DNA from: a virus
Length of the DNA: 64,000 nucleotides
Direction: 5' to 3' (one strand)
Virus record (IMG/VR): IMGVR_UViG_3300021962_000059
The notes under the pieces were generated by a model. It was not told where the DNA came from. It did no database searches and was given only the letters and a program-made list of their open reading frames with translations. Numbering within the stretch: the first letter of the stretch is position 1; each line of letters begins with the position of its first letter. Shown here piece by piece: positions 1-8,820 of this stretch. The position numbers and the translations under genes are program-made.

Positions 1-104
1 GTTCCAGAAATTGACATAAAAACAGCTATTGTAAATCAATTTACCGATAACGGACCACTAAATCAATTACTGAACCGAAATGTTATTAAATTTAGTTTTA
101 ATTT

Positions 105-623
105 ATGATAATCTTAAGGAAAAAAGCTGCGCCAGCTTCACCTTCTTTAATTCCAGGTACAATCTTTCAGTTTGTAGGATTGACAATCAATGCTGGATCA
201 GTTGCAAACGTAACAAATGGATCTGGCTTGACTCCTGCTATTCCTGCGTTAACGGGAGTACACGAAAATTATAGTAATACGAACGGAGTTCGAAGTGCCA
301 ATATAATAACTTCTCCTGTTAGTTTGCTATTTACTTTTCCCGCCGTTTACTGGGTAACTGGAATGAGTTTTTGGCAGGTTACAGGATTCAACAGCGATAA
401 TGGACTTCGTTCTGTTTTAATTCAGTCTTCTTTAGATAATTCGTCGTGGATTTCAGTACCCAACGGATCATTGCAGTTTCCCTTTGGAGGCGACATTCCT
501 TCAAATCCGATTGTTATCTCTTGGCCTCCTGTTCAAGCAAGATTTATCCGATTTTTAGTAAACAGTGTTTGGGGTGGCACTAGAATCGCTCTTTCGGAAG
601 TGCAATTTGCTGGATATTTATAG
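105..623 (+). CDS. F5/8 type C (discoidin, galactose-binding-like) domain protein
   Basis: 172-aa ORF ending ...ARFIRFLVNSVWGGTRIALSEVQFAGYL, the typical C-terminal strand pattern of discoidin beta-sandwich domains. It is a rare + strand gene that converges on nrdB with a 6-nt overlap. Confidence 0.5.
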   Translation: MIILRKKAAPASPSLIPGTIFQFVGLTINAGSVANVTNGSGLTPAIPALTGVHENYSNTNGVRSANIITSPVSLLFTFPAVYWVTGMSFWQVTGFNSDNGLRSVLIQSSLDNSSWISVPNGSLQFPFGGDIPSNPIVISWPPVQARFIRFLVNSVWGGTRIALSEVQFAGYL

Positions 624-1733
624 ATCATCCCATCCACTTAACCCAGAAGACATAATGTAGTTGGTAACAGTAGCTTCAAAAAAGTTTGATTTAGTGTGAC
701 CTTCTCCTTGAGTATCAGAGAATTTTTCCAAGTGGGAATAGGGGGATTTTTTGTATTTGTCTTCTGTAAAAATTGGATTTAAACCAATCGCCCTTAGTCG
801 AATATTGGCTAAATATTTTGTGTATTGATCAGTGCTATCTTCTGTAATTCCTAATATTTGATTGCCGACAATATGATTAGTCCATTTAATTTCTTGTTCA
901 ACTGCACAATAAAATAAATCTTCTATTTCTTTTTTGCTATAAGAGAAAACATTCATTGCTTCAATAATTAACTTTTGATATAATCGGACGTGACTTAATT
1001 CGTCTCGATTGATCATCCTAAAAATATCGGCAGAACCAGGCATTAATTGTCGAGAAGCAAGATTATAAAAGAATATAAATCCATTATAAAAATACAAACT
1101 TTCTAGCAAATAATCAGCAAGAAGGGCAATAAAATAGCTTTTAGTAGTTTGTTTGTCGATGTATTCCTGGTAAAGATTAGCAATAAATTCACAACGATCT
1201 TTAAGAATTTTATCGGTACGCCAAAAGTCATAAACTTGACTTCTCTGATCCGATGGAATGATAGTCTCAATTAAGTATTGGTAACTTTGATTGTGCATAG
1301 CCTCTTGAGAGATTTGTTCTGCCATACAAAGGCTAATCTCTGGGGCTGTGACGCAAGATTTTAGGTGGGGGATGTTACAGGTCTGGACAGAATCAAGAAA
1401 AGTTAAATAAGACAAAATACCATCATAAGCACGTCTTTCGTCAAGGGTTAAGTTATTGTAGTTAGTCACATCTTGAGTGACATCTATTTTTTGCGGGATC
1501 CAGAAGTTTTCACGCATTTGTTGGTATAAACCTACCGCCCAACTATAACGAACGTCGTTTAATTGCATTAAGTTGGTAGTGTTACCAAACCAGATAGATC
1601 GGGTTTCAGTTGTATCATTTCCTGATGGATTAAAGATCGGAGAAACAGGCATTTTGCCGTTAAGATTTGCTGATGTCATAGCCTTGATTAAGTAGATTAT
1701 TTTGATACTGGTTTTGTTTTTAAAGGTTCCCAT
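618..1733 (-). CDS. nrdB: Ribonucleotide reductase class Ia beta (R2) subunit
   Basis: 371 aa with ferritin-like di-iron motifs (SQEAMHNQSYQYL, NRDELSHVRLY) and a C-terminal tail. It lies in the same locus as nrdA. Confidence 0.9.
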   Translation of the reverse strand: MGTFKNKTSIKIIYLIKAMTSANLNGKMPVSPIFNPSGNDTTETRSIWFGNTTNLMQLNDVRYSWAVGLYQQMRENFWIPQKIDVTQDVTNYNNLTLDERRAYDGILSYLTFLDSVQTCNIPHLKSCVTAPEISLCMAEQISQEAMHNQSYQYLIETIIPSDQRSQVYDFWRTDKILKDRCEFIANLYQEYIDKQTTKSYFIALLADYLLESLYFYNGFIFFYNLASRQLMPGSADIFRMINRDELSHVRLYQKLIIEAMNVFSYSKKEIEDLFYCAVEQEIKWTNHIVGNQILGITEDSTDQYTKYLANIRLRAIGLNPIFTEDKYKKSPYSHLEKFSDTQGEGHTKSNFFEATVTNYIMSSGLSGWDDL

Positions 1734-2005
1734 TCTCTACATTGTACACAGGAAATAGAAGGATTTACACTACATTTTAGATTGAAATTTTTGTGAGTTT
1801 CAGGATTATAATATTTACAAGAACTAATTCGATTGCGTTCAGCTACTGAATAGTATTTGAATTGTTTAATTGTATAAATTAAATTAGTCTTAAATCTAAA
1901 AAACACTCTACACAAAACAACAGTGAAAATTAAAGCAATATAAAGTAAAAATATACTTAATGCAATAGTTGCTAAAAAGTTAATAATTATTAACACAATA
2001 TTCAT
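1697..2005 (-). CDS. Hypothetical membrane protein with Cys-rich C-terminus
   Basis: 102 aa. Hydrophobic N-terminus (MNIVLIIINFLATIALSIFLLYIALIFTVVL) and C-terminal CKYY...CSV...CVQC motif. Sits between nrdA and nrdB. Confidence 0.4.
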   Translation of the reverse strand: MNIVLIIINFLATIALSIFLLYIALIFTVVLCRVFFRFKTNLIYTIKQFKYYSVAERNRISSCKYYNPETHKNFNLKCSVNPSISCVQCREWEPLKTKPVSK

Positions 2006-2010
2006 AATGA

Positions 2011-2163
2011 TTATTTTCGAGTATTGATAAAATTTTTAAGACCTTCAATGAATCCAAGAGAAAAACTGATTGTATAAAACATAATAAAAAAAACAATTAG
2101 TACAAGTATTGTAAATATTACAATAGCCGCAATAGATAGAATGACAGTAGAAATAATATTCAT
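2011..2163 (-). CDS. Small hydrophobic protein (50 aa)
   Basis: Hand-translated: MNIISTVILSIAAIVIFTILVLIVFFIMFYTISFSLGFIEGLKNFINTRK. Its ATG is 2 nt after the nrdA stop. Too short for the supplied ORF track. Confidence 0.3.
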   Translation of the reverse strand: MNIISTVILSIAAIVIFTILVLIVFFIMFYTISFSLGFIEGLKNFINTRK

Positions 2164-2165
2164 GG

Positions 2166-4433
2166 TTAATTAGCGCAACTAGAGCAGTTATCTTTAAAGT
2201 TATCTTTTTGAACAGTTCGTACATAATAAACCGCTTTACAGCCTGATTCCCACGCTAAGATTAAAGTCTCATAAATTTCTTTAGCTGTTAATGCGCGGTT
2301 TGGTTCATCAGGAAAATAAACACCTTGATTAAGGTTAAACAGTAATTCCATAGAAATCCCTGTATCAATCCATTTTTGCATTTCGGCAATTGCTTGAACG
2401 ACAATCTTTTGGTCAAGATTTTGATTTTCTTGATAATACCAAAAAGATTCTTTAATAAAAGGAGGGCAATTAGGGATCGCACCTTTTGAGTTCTTTTCTG
2501 TAAATACCCGCTTAAAAACAGGTAAAACACTGGCAGTACAACCCTGAATTAAAGATGATGTGGTATTGGGGGCTATAGCAGTAATATGAGAGTTTCTAAT
2601 GCCGTAGCGTTGCACATTAGCGGCTAATCGATGCCAATGATAATAAGTACCTCCATCACAGAGGAACTTAAACCATTCTAACGGTTTAGCTCCTAGTAAT
2701 TTACCTTGACTCCATTCACTACCAGAAAAAGCTTGATAAGCACCGCGTTCTTTAGCCAATCTCATCGAAGCGTGAGTACAATAATAGCTAATTCTTTCAA
2801 ATAAATCACTGATAGATTTGTCTTTATGAGATACTTTATAAGATAATTTTCGTTTAGCTAACCAGTCAGCTAAACCCATAACCCCAACTCCAATAGTCCG
2901 ATAACGGTCATTGTGTTCTTTGGCTTCACCAATTGGGGGACAAGTGAGGTCAATAGTATTATCGAGCATCCTGACAGCAAGGTAACACATTTCCGCTAAA
3001 TTAGCACCAGTTTCAATATTGGCAAGATTAAGACTAACTAAATTACAGCAATGGGCGGTTTTACCTGGCGTGACATTTGAAAAACTCTCACAGCATAAAT
3101 TAACACCGGGGATATAGCCATCGTGTTTATTAGGATTATCTCGGTTAATGGTATCTTTAAAGGCAAGATAGGGCATACCCGTCTCAATTTGAGAGCGCAT
3201 AACATCCTTGAATAACTCCCTAGCGTTAACTTTTTTGTAGAGAGTTATTTTTATCCCTAGACTATCTTCGATTAATTTGTAGGCAGTTTCAAACTTATCT
3301 CCCCATAATTCTGCTAATTCTATACCTAATTCCGTCCGAACTTGATAGGGATCGACTAATGTCCACTCGGCTTTATCTACTACCCGACGCATAAATTCAT
3401 CGGGAATAACCAATTGAGGGAAAACATCATAGGCTTTTCTTCTTTGATCACCATTTTCTGTCTGCATTTCCAGAAATTCTGGCACGTCTAAATGCCAGAT
3501 GTCAACCCCAACAGTGACAGCCCCAGCGCGTCTCCCCCCTTGATTTACTGCGATAGCTGTATCGTTGAGTAATTTAATCCACGGAATAATCCCACCAGAA
3601 GCGTTAGCTTTTCCCATAACCGAGCTACCAGTGGCACGGATTCTACTTACATTCACCCCGACACCACCGCCATTTTTAGAGATACGAGCAGTATTAGTAA
3701 TCTCGCTAAAAATACTCTCTAGATTGTCTTGCGTTGCCACGATAAAGCAGCTACTCAAAGAACCGTTAGGGGTTCTTAAATTACCTAAAATTGGGGTAGC
3801 AAGAGAGATTTTTCTTTGAGCTATAGCTAAATAAATTTGAAGCGCAATTCTTAATCTATTTTCTGATTTTTCTTCTACACTGGCAAGCAATAAAGCGCAA
3901 GTCAAAAAAGCCTCTTGAGGTAATTCACAATCAAGTAAGTACCTTTCTGATAACATGATCGCACCAGCGTAGTCAAAATCTTTATCGTATTCTGGGTATA
4001 TCCACTCTCCTGCAATCTCTAGGTCTTTTTCATCATAAATTTCAGTAATTTTTGAATCATAAACACCTCTCTCCACTTGCCATTGGACATATTTAGCGTA
4101 GTCAGTCCCTTCAAACCTTTTAAAAACTGTACGGGATAAATACCCACCAAATTCTCTTTTGATTCTAGTATCTTTCCACAGTCCCCAGATATGAAGTCTT
4201 CCAGCTACATACTTCCAGTCGGTTTCCTCTACACAGAACAATTGTGTAGCTACATTGATTAAATTTTCTTGAATTTCCCTAGTGGTAATCCCATCTCGTA
4301 ATCGAGAAGTTAATCCTGATTCTAATGCAAGAGGATTGACTTCTAACCCTTCACACGCCCATTCTACTACTCGCCGAATTTTGGTGATGTCTAAAGAACA
4401 AGTTTCACCACTTCTTTGAATTACGTTAATCAT
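2166..4433 (-). CDS. nrdA: Ribonucleotide reductase class Ia alpha (R1) subunit
   Basis: 755 aa. N-terminal ATP-cone-like segment (VIQRSGETCSLDITKI), active-site region NLCCESFSNV, glycine-rich SKNGGGVGVNVSRIRA, and a C-terminal CSSC redox pair. Confidence 0.92.
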   Translation of the reverse strand: MINVIQRSGETCSLDITKIRRVVEWACEGLEVNPLALESGLTSRLRDGITTREIQENLINVATQLFCVEETDWKYVAGRLHIWGLWKDTRIKREFGGYLSRTVFKRFEGTDYAKYVQWQVERGVYDSKITEIYDEKDLEIAGEWIYPEYDKDFDYAGAIMLSERYLLDCELPQEAFLTCALLLASVEEKSENRLRIALQIYLAIAQRKISLATPILGNLRTPNGSLSSCFIVATQDNLESIFSEITNTARISKNGGGVGVNVSRIRATGSSVMGKANASGGIIPWIKLLNDTAIAVNQGGRRAGAVTVGVDIWHLDVPEFLEMQTENGDQRRKAYDVFPQLVIPDEFMRRVVDKAEWTLVDPYQVRTELGIELAELWGDKFETAYKLIEDSLGIKITLYKKVNARELFKDVMRSQIETGMPYLAFKDTINRDNPNKHDGYIPGVNLCCESFSNVTPGKTAHCCNLVSLNLANIETGANLAEMCYLAVRMLDNTIDLTCPPIGEAKEHNDRYRTIGVGVMGLADWLAKRKLSYKVSHKDKSISDLFERISYYCTHASMRLAKERGAYQAFSGSEWSQGKLLGAKPLEWFKFLCDGGTYYHWHRLAANVQRYGIRNSHITAIAPNTTSSLIQGCTASVLPVFKRVFTEKNSKGAIPNCPPFIKESFWYYQENQNLDQKIVVQAIAEMQKWIDTGISMELLFNLNQGVYFPDEPNRALTAKEIYETLILAWESGCKAVYYVRTVQKDNFKDNCSSCAN

Positions 4434-4500
4434 TTATTTACTCCTGGTTTTTATTTTTTTTAAAGAGGGTAAGACTTTTTTATGCCTTTTGTTGTATCTC

Positions 4501-4761
4501 CTACTCAAAATCTGGCCAGCATCCAGATTTCTCCCATTTTCCATCTGATCGAACTGTCCAATTTTCTGTTAAATTTGAACAAAGATTTGTTTTGGGATTA
4601 TTGCCATTCTTTACACTTCCTTTCCATCTTTTAACAGTAGATAAACTAACTTCATAAAGCCTTGCAAATTCCTGATCGGTGAAAATTCTGCCAACAAAAA
4701 CTATTTTAGGAATAGTATAGTTTCGATACCATTTAGTATTTTCGTAATCACCTAAAAACAT
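4501..4761 (-). CDS. HTH paralog family (PF4) member
   Basis: 86 aa. FTDQEFARLYEVSLSTVKRWK ... NPKTNLCSNLTENWTVRSDGKWEKSG aligns with the ORFs at 4766..5071 and 5395..5814. Confidence 0.55.
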   Translation of the reverse strand: MFLGDYENTKWYRNYTIPKIVFVGRIFTDQEFARLYEVSLSTVKRWKGSVKNGNNPKTNLCSNLTENWTVRSDGKWEKSGCWPDFE

Positions 4762-4765
4762 TTAT

Positions 4766-5071
4766 CTACTCCTGATTTTTGATTTTATTTGAAAGCTCTA
4801 TAGGGTTTGGTAACGACATTTCTATTCTACCAAAAATTCCTTTGTATTCTGTCTTTTCCCATTTACCATCTTTTCTAATTGTCCAGTTGTGAGGTAAAGT
4901 TGAACAGAGTTTTGTGTTTGGTTGACGACAAGCTTTTATATCTTTTTTCCATCTGCGAATAGTAGTTAAGCTAACGTCGTAAATTTCGGCAATCTCTTTA
5001 TCATTAAAAGTTTCACCAGCTTGGATTAAAGCAGGGGTAATATGTGATCGCTTAAAAGATTTTGTCAGCAT
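4766..5071 (-). CDS. HTH paralog family (PF4) member
   Basis: 101 aa. FNDKEIAEIYDVSLTTIRRWKK ... QPNTKLCSTLPHNWTIRKDGKWEKTEY. Confidence 0.6.
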   Translation of the reverse strand: MLTKSFKRSHITPALIQAGETFNDKEIAEIYDVSLTTIRRWKKDIKACRQPNTKLCSTLPHNWTIRKDGKWEKTEYKGIFGRIEMSLPNPIELSNKIKNQE

Positions 5072-5117
5072 TTTATCTATCTCCTTTAGTCATACCTTGA
5101 TACCATTTATTGCTGTA

Positions 5118-5366
5118 CTACTCTAACAACCCTAGCATTCCTTCAATATTAGGACGGTCGTTTTCTTCTGATTTTTCGTAAGCCGCTTTTATAGCTTTAT
5201 CAATCCAATCATTAATTTGATCATGCCTAATTTCTTCATAATCGGTTTTATCATCAATTTCGTTTTCACTCTTAATTCCTATATTTGAATAAAGTAATAA
5301 GAAATTGTATAAATCAATTTCGTTGACCGATTATATTAACTTTTTAAGAACTTGTTTAGCGTCCAT
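5118..5366 (-). pseudogene. ORF interrupted by an in-frame TAA after codon 11
   Basis: Hand-translated: MDAKQVLKKLI * SVNEIDLYNFLLLYSNIGIKSENEIDDKTDYEEIRHDQINDWIDKAIKAAYEKSEENDRPNIEGMLGLLE *. The span is 249 nt, a multiple of 3. There is no ATG/GTG/TTG start downstream of the TAA (5331..5333). Confidence 0.35.
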
Positions 5367-5394
5367 TGTTATTTCTCCTTTTTTGTACTAGCTT

Positions 5395-5814
5395 TTATCG
5401 CCACCACAATCTATGAACGATAGTAGTTATATCATCAGTCACAACTTTTACTATAGCCCCTTTCCATGAAGAGTTTTTATTTGGGTTATATTCTGTTCTT
5501 TCCCACATTTTGTTATCCTTAATCTTCCAAATTTTAGGCAAAGAATAACTGCAACAGAGGTTTGTATTTGGTTCCCATTCGTTTCCTATGTATTTTCGCC
5601 ACTTACGGGCAGTAGTTAAATTAATTTCATAAAGGTTTGCAATTTCTCCATCGGTAAAAGTTTCGCCAGACTCAATTAAATTAGGGATAATGTATGACTT
5701 AGCAAAAAACCTTTGATCATCATTTAATACATTAAGGGTTACTAAATTTGTCGGCATTTTATCTGTCCTAAGTGTAACTTGTTTTGAAATAATTACATTT
5801 TCATTGGTTGCCAA
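5395..5814 (-). CDS. HTH paralog family (PF4) member with N-terminal extension
   Basis: 139 aa. FTDGEIANLYEINLTTARKWRKY ... EPNTNLCCSYSLPKIWKIKDNKMWERTEY. Confidence 0.6.
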   Translation of the reverse strand: MATNENVIISKQVTLRTDKMPTNLVTLNVLNDDQRFFAKSYIIPNLIESGETFTDGEIANLYEINLTTARKWRKYIGNEWEPNTNLCCSYSLPKIWKIKDNKMWERTEYNPNKNSSWKGAIVKVVTDDITTIVHRLWWR

Positions 5815-6191
5815 TTAATTGATATTTTTAGTTTATCATAAGTTCCAGCTTTTATAAAGCCACACTCTTCTAAATATTCTATTAAAGATTTAATTCGTTT
5901 TCTAGGAAAGCCTAAAATATCAGCTAATTGAGTAATATTAGTCATTGTAAATTTGCCGTTATTTTTTTCTTTGATTGACTTTGCAGTAGATATAATAGCT
6001 TGTCCTTTTATAGCCAAGTAAGCTTTTAAGTTGCCATGATATCGTTGACCTTTTGCTGTTTTTAAAGAGTTAATTATAGCAGTCTCATTGCCGTCAAAAC
6101 ACAAGTTGCAAGGATTAACATAGCAAGGGCATTTATACAGATAAGTACCGTCGGGAAAAGATTGTTCCTTTGGAATGATTTGTGTTGACAT
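5793..6191 (-). CDS. Hypothetical protein with Cys cluster and a C-terminal winged-helix-like segment
   Basis: 132 aa. CPCYVNPCNLC cluster, and C-terminal ITQLADILGFPRKRIKSLIEYLEECGFIKA resembling an HTH recognition unit. Confidence 0.45.
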   Translation of the reverse strand: MSTQIIPKEQSFPDGTYLYKCPCYVNPCNLCFDGNETAIINSLKTAKGQRYHGNLKAYLAIKGQAIISTAKSIKEKNNGKFTMTNITQLADILGFPRKRIKSLIEYLEECGFIKAGTYDKLKISINWQPMKM

Positions 6192-7733
6192 TTATTTATC
6201 CTGAGTGTAATTTGTTTTTTGTTGAGATGCTCGTTCAATTTCTCTAGCTAAATAGCCGATATGAAGGGATTGAATACTAGGGCAATCAGTAACTATTTGA
6301 CGGATTAGCTTTAAAGGATTCTTGCCTTCCCATTTTCCCACAAATTCACCATTAGGGGTTAGCTGACCAACTGTGATATTGTTCCCATCCGTTTCTACTA
6401 AAAAGTTACCAGTAGGGTCACTGTAAGATTGAATCTCTTTATTAATAATTGATTGATATTGATTATTAATTAGCTGTTCTACGTTTTCCCAACAGTCATC
6501 GTAAATATGGGCTGATTGACTAATAGTAATCAGTGGACCCATTGTTAAATCGTAGTCGGACTGACTAGCAATTCCATCTCTGATATGATGCTGTAAAGCC
6601 CGCAATCCCATTGCGTTAGCTGGCCAAGCGGAAAACATATCATTACTCCTAAAGGTAGCTGTCAGTGACAATTCATTATCTACTACTCTTACCCAAATAT
6701 GATTAAGGCAAGGTGAACCGCCGTGATTATGGTCTGAATCACCCTTTTTTCTTTCTCCTCGCACGATTGTATTATAATCGTTGTTACGCCAACTGTTATG
6801 TTCGGCAAGTATTTGATAGTTTCCACTTCCACTATCCCATAAAGACATAACGGCACTAGCTGAGTCAATTTCTTTGACTAATTTATTGATAACTGCTTTA
6901 ATTTGATCTTGACCAAACCAAGAACGCAATCGTTGACCATAGGTATATTTAACCCCTTCTCGATAATCAGCATCATCAAGTATTTGTGGAATATAGTTCT
7001 TTAGATACTCTTTATCTAAAGGTAAGTAATTGGGTTCGGGAAAGTAAAAGTCTTCTGGTTCATCGGTAACTATCGCCATTAAGTCGATTAATTCTTGCCA
7101 TTTACCATCATACCCAGTCGGTCTGATAGTGCCAGTGGTTTTGATTCTTTGCAGTATTTTTATCCAAGTTTCAGCAATAGTTTTACCTTCAATCCGATGA
7201 CCATAGAGCGGACCAGGTTTTACCTCTGATGTGGGTTCATTGTAGGGAAAGACCATTGGTTCTGCCCACGGTTTCACTTTAGAGTATTGATTTAAGCTCT
7301 TTATCTCTACTATCCAATCAAGATTTGAGACTACATTAATTGAAGACCGTGATTGATTTAAAACTTCCAAAGGAATATCTATATCAATATACCCTTTTAC
7401 CAAAGAGTCAATTATCCAGCACGGTTTCCCTACATCGTTTTTTCCTTTATAAACTCCATTTTCAAAGAAATCTTTTAGGCATTGAACACTACCAGAATTT
7501 TTGTCTTCACGGGTTGAATTTATTACAACAAGATAACGAACGTGGGGATTAGCTAACAAATTACGGACTAAAAAGTTAATTCCCCTTGATGCGCTATAAA
7601 GATTACCAATCACGGCATAATCAGAGGGATCAAGTTTTGAAGCTACCGACTTAGCGGGAGTCCATCCTGTACAGATAGCTATATGGCCTGTTCCGATGAT
7701 TAATTGATTAGGTTTGTAGATTGCGTTAAACAT
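6192..7733 (-). CDS. Thymidylate-synthase-fold (ThyA / dNMP hydroxymethylase family) enzyme fused to a ~250-aa N-terminal domain
   Basis: 513 aa. The C-terminal half carries ThyA-like motifs: YTYGQRLRSW, SLWD, catalytic-Cys motif GGSPCLNH, TFRSNDMFSAWPANAMG (RSxD plus Asn) and SAHIYDD. The N-terminal half (GHIAICTGW...) is not ThyA-like. Confidence 0.75.
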   Translation of the reverse strand: MFNAIYKPNQLIIGTGHIAICTGWTPAKSVASKLDPSDYAVIGNLYSASRGINFLVRNLLANPHVRYLVVINSTREDKNSGSVQCLKDFFENGVYKGKNDVGKPCWIIDSLVKGYIDIDIPLEVLNQSRSSINVVSNLDWIVEIKSLNQYSKVKPWAEPMVFPYNEPTSEVKPGPLYGHRIEGKTIAETWIKILQRIKTTGTIRPTGYDGKWQELIDLMAIVTDEPEDFYFPEPNYLPLDKEYLKNYIPQILDDADYREGVKYTYGQRLRSWFGQDQIKAVINKLVKEIDSASAVMSLWDSGSGNYQILAEHNSWRNNDYNTIVRGERKKGDSDHNHGGSPCLNHIWVRVVDNELSLTATFRSNDMFSAWPANAMGLRALQHHIRDGIASQSDYDLTMGPLITISQSAHIYDDCWENVEQLINNQYQSIINKEIQSYSDPTGNFLVETDGNNITVGQLTPNGEFVGKWEGKNPLKLIRQIVTDCPSIQSLHIGYLAREIERASQQKTNYTQDK

Positions 7734-7869
7734 TAGCCTTTCCTTTTTCTTTGAGATTTGGTTGTTTCCAAGTTTCTATTTCTTTGAGAAATGAATCGGA
7801 CTTAGGTTTCCAGTTCTCTATTTTTTCTAGAAGCAAGTCCAGTTTTGCATTAATTTCTTCAAGAGTCAT
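7726..7869 (-). CDS. Small coiled-coil-like ORF (47 aa)
   Basis: Hand-translated: MTLEEINAKLDLLLEKIENWKPKSDSFLKEIETWKQPNLKEKGKANV. Its stop overlaps the start of 6192..7733. Confidence 0.3.
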   Translation of the reverse strand: MTLEEINAKLDLLLEKIENWKPKSDSFLKEIETWKQPNLKEKGKANV

Positions 7870-8008
7870 AATTGATTTTACCTCTACTTTGTTCAACAGA
7901 TTCTATTTCTGTTAATGTTTTTTTGATTGATTCTTTTTCGTTGGTAAGCAATTCTCTTACTTCTTGAAAAAGAATTGATATTCTTTTGTCAATTTCTACA
8001 GTATTCAT
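7859..8008 (-). CDS. Small coiled-coil-like ORF (49 aa)
   Basis: Hand-translated: MNTVEIDKRISILFQEVRELLTNEKESIKKTLTEIESVEQSRGKINYDS. It overlaps the next small ORF. Confidence 0.3.
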   Translation of the reverse strand: MNTVEIDKRISILFQEVRELLTNEKESIKKTLTEIESVEQSRGKINYDS

Positions 8009-8077
8009 GGAGAATTTCTTTGTGCTAATTTTTACTATCTGGCATCAATCTAATAACCAATAACTGACATTGCGGCA

Positions 8078-8281
8078 CTACTCTGTTTTTGGGAAAGGAT
8101 TATCACCTAATCCCCACTGGTGTTTAAGAAGAGCGTTGTACATATTTTCCCTGACTATCATTTGTTCATAAAGCTTGATCAGAAAATCCTGCGCTTGTTC
8201 GTGACTCATTTCTTGTACCTGAATACGAAAAGAACGAATACTAAACTGCTGTTCTAATGAAAGTTTGGTAGGTTGAGACAT
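8078..8281 (-). CDS. nblA: NblA-like phycobilisome degradation protein (auxiliary metabolic gene)
   Basis: MSQPTKLSLEQQFSIRSFRIQVQEMSHEQAQDFLIKLYEQMIVRENMYNALLKHQWGL matches the conserved NblA core (LSLEQQF.IRSF ... LYEQM ... LLKHQWGL). I chose the start at 8281 because TAGGAGCAATT-ATG provides a strong SD there. The longer track ORF (to 8338) overlaps the upstream gene. Confidence 0.85.
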   Translation of the reverse strand: MSQPTKLSLEQQFSIRSFRIQVQEMSHEQAQDFLIKLYEQMIVRENMYNALLKHQWGLGDNPFPKTE

Positions 8282-8294
8282 AATTGCTCCTAAG

Positions 8295-8486
8295 TTAAAA
8301 TTCAGACTCTTCCTTCTGGGGTTCATATCTATTATCAAAGTCTTCCAATGTTTGTTTTAAGCAATGATAAAAGCCGTTAAATTCGTCAAAGGGTTCCCAA
8401 TCTTCTTTGTGCTTTTCCAGAAGCTTTCTTGCTAACTCTGGTTCGATGGGAACGTAAATGTAATCTTCTAGTGATTTATCTTGCAT
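8295..8486 (-). CDS. Hypothetical acidic protein
   Basis: 63-aa ORF tightly spaced in the same operon; no recognisable motif. Confidence 0.45.
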   Translation of the reverse strand: MQDKSLEDYIYVPIEPELARKLLEKHKEDWEPFDEFNGFYHCLKQTLEDFDNRYEPQKEESEF

Positions 8487-8497
8487 AGCATCTCTTT

Positions 8498-8689
8498 TTA
8501 GATAATTATCTGCTTTTGATCGCCGCCTTTCTGGAGTATTAACTGACTATCTTCTTTGGCATATAAAGCCATAAGTTTTAATCCTTTGCAAATGACTTCA
8601 GACTCTGTTAAGCCTAGCTGTTTGGCTATTTCTTCAAGGTGTTCTGAGTCTTTTTTACATAAGTTGATTTCCCATTTGTGAATACCCAT
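8498..8689 (-). CDS. Hypothetical small protein, possibly RHH / antitoxin-like DNA binder
   Basis: 63 aa. The layout ...SEHLEEIAKQLGLTESEVICKGLKLMALYA resembles a helix-helix DNA-binding fold. Confidence 0.4.
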   Translation of the reverse strand: MGIHKWEINLCKKDSEHLEEIAKQLGLTESEVICKGLKLMALYAKEDSQLILQKGGDQKQIII

Positions 8690-8692
8690 GAT

Positions 8693-8788
8693 TTAATTTT
8701 TTCCTAAATAAAACCAGTAAAACCATAGAATCACTATCGCAATATTTAACATAAAAAATGTTAAATACATCAACAATTGTTTTGACAT
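8693..8788 (-). CDS. Small hydrophobic peptide (31 aa)
   Basis: Hand-translated: MSKQLLMYLTFFMLNIAIVILWFYWFYLGKN. It is the first ORF after the promoter at 8821..8849. Confidence 0.3.
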   Translation of the reverse strand: MSKQLLMYLTFFMLNIAIVILWFYWFYLGKN

Positions 8789-8820
8789 ATTTTTTGTTTC
8801 TATAAATTTACCATAACTAA

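Noticed and set aside
2288-3819. The nested ORFs 2288..2530 (minus, other frame) and 3565..3819 (plus) within nrdA.
   Set aside because: They lie entirely inside a confidently identified 755-aa RNR alpha subunit gene and give low-complexity translations.
8282-8338. The N-terminal extension of the nblA ORF given in the track (start at 8338).
   Set aside because: It would overlap the upstream gene by 44 nt and adds a non-conserved peptide. The internal ATG at 8281 has a strong SD and gives the canonical NblA length.
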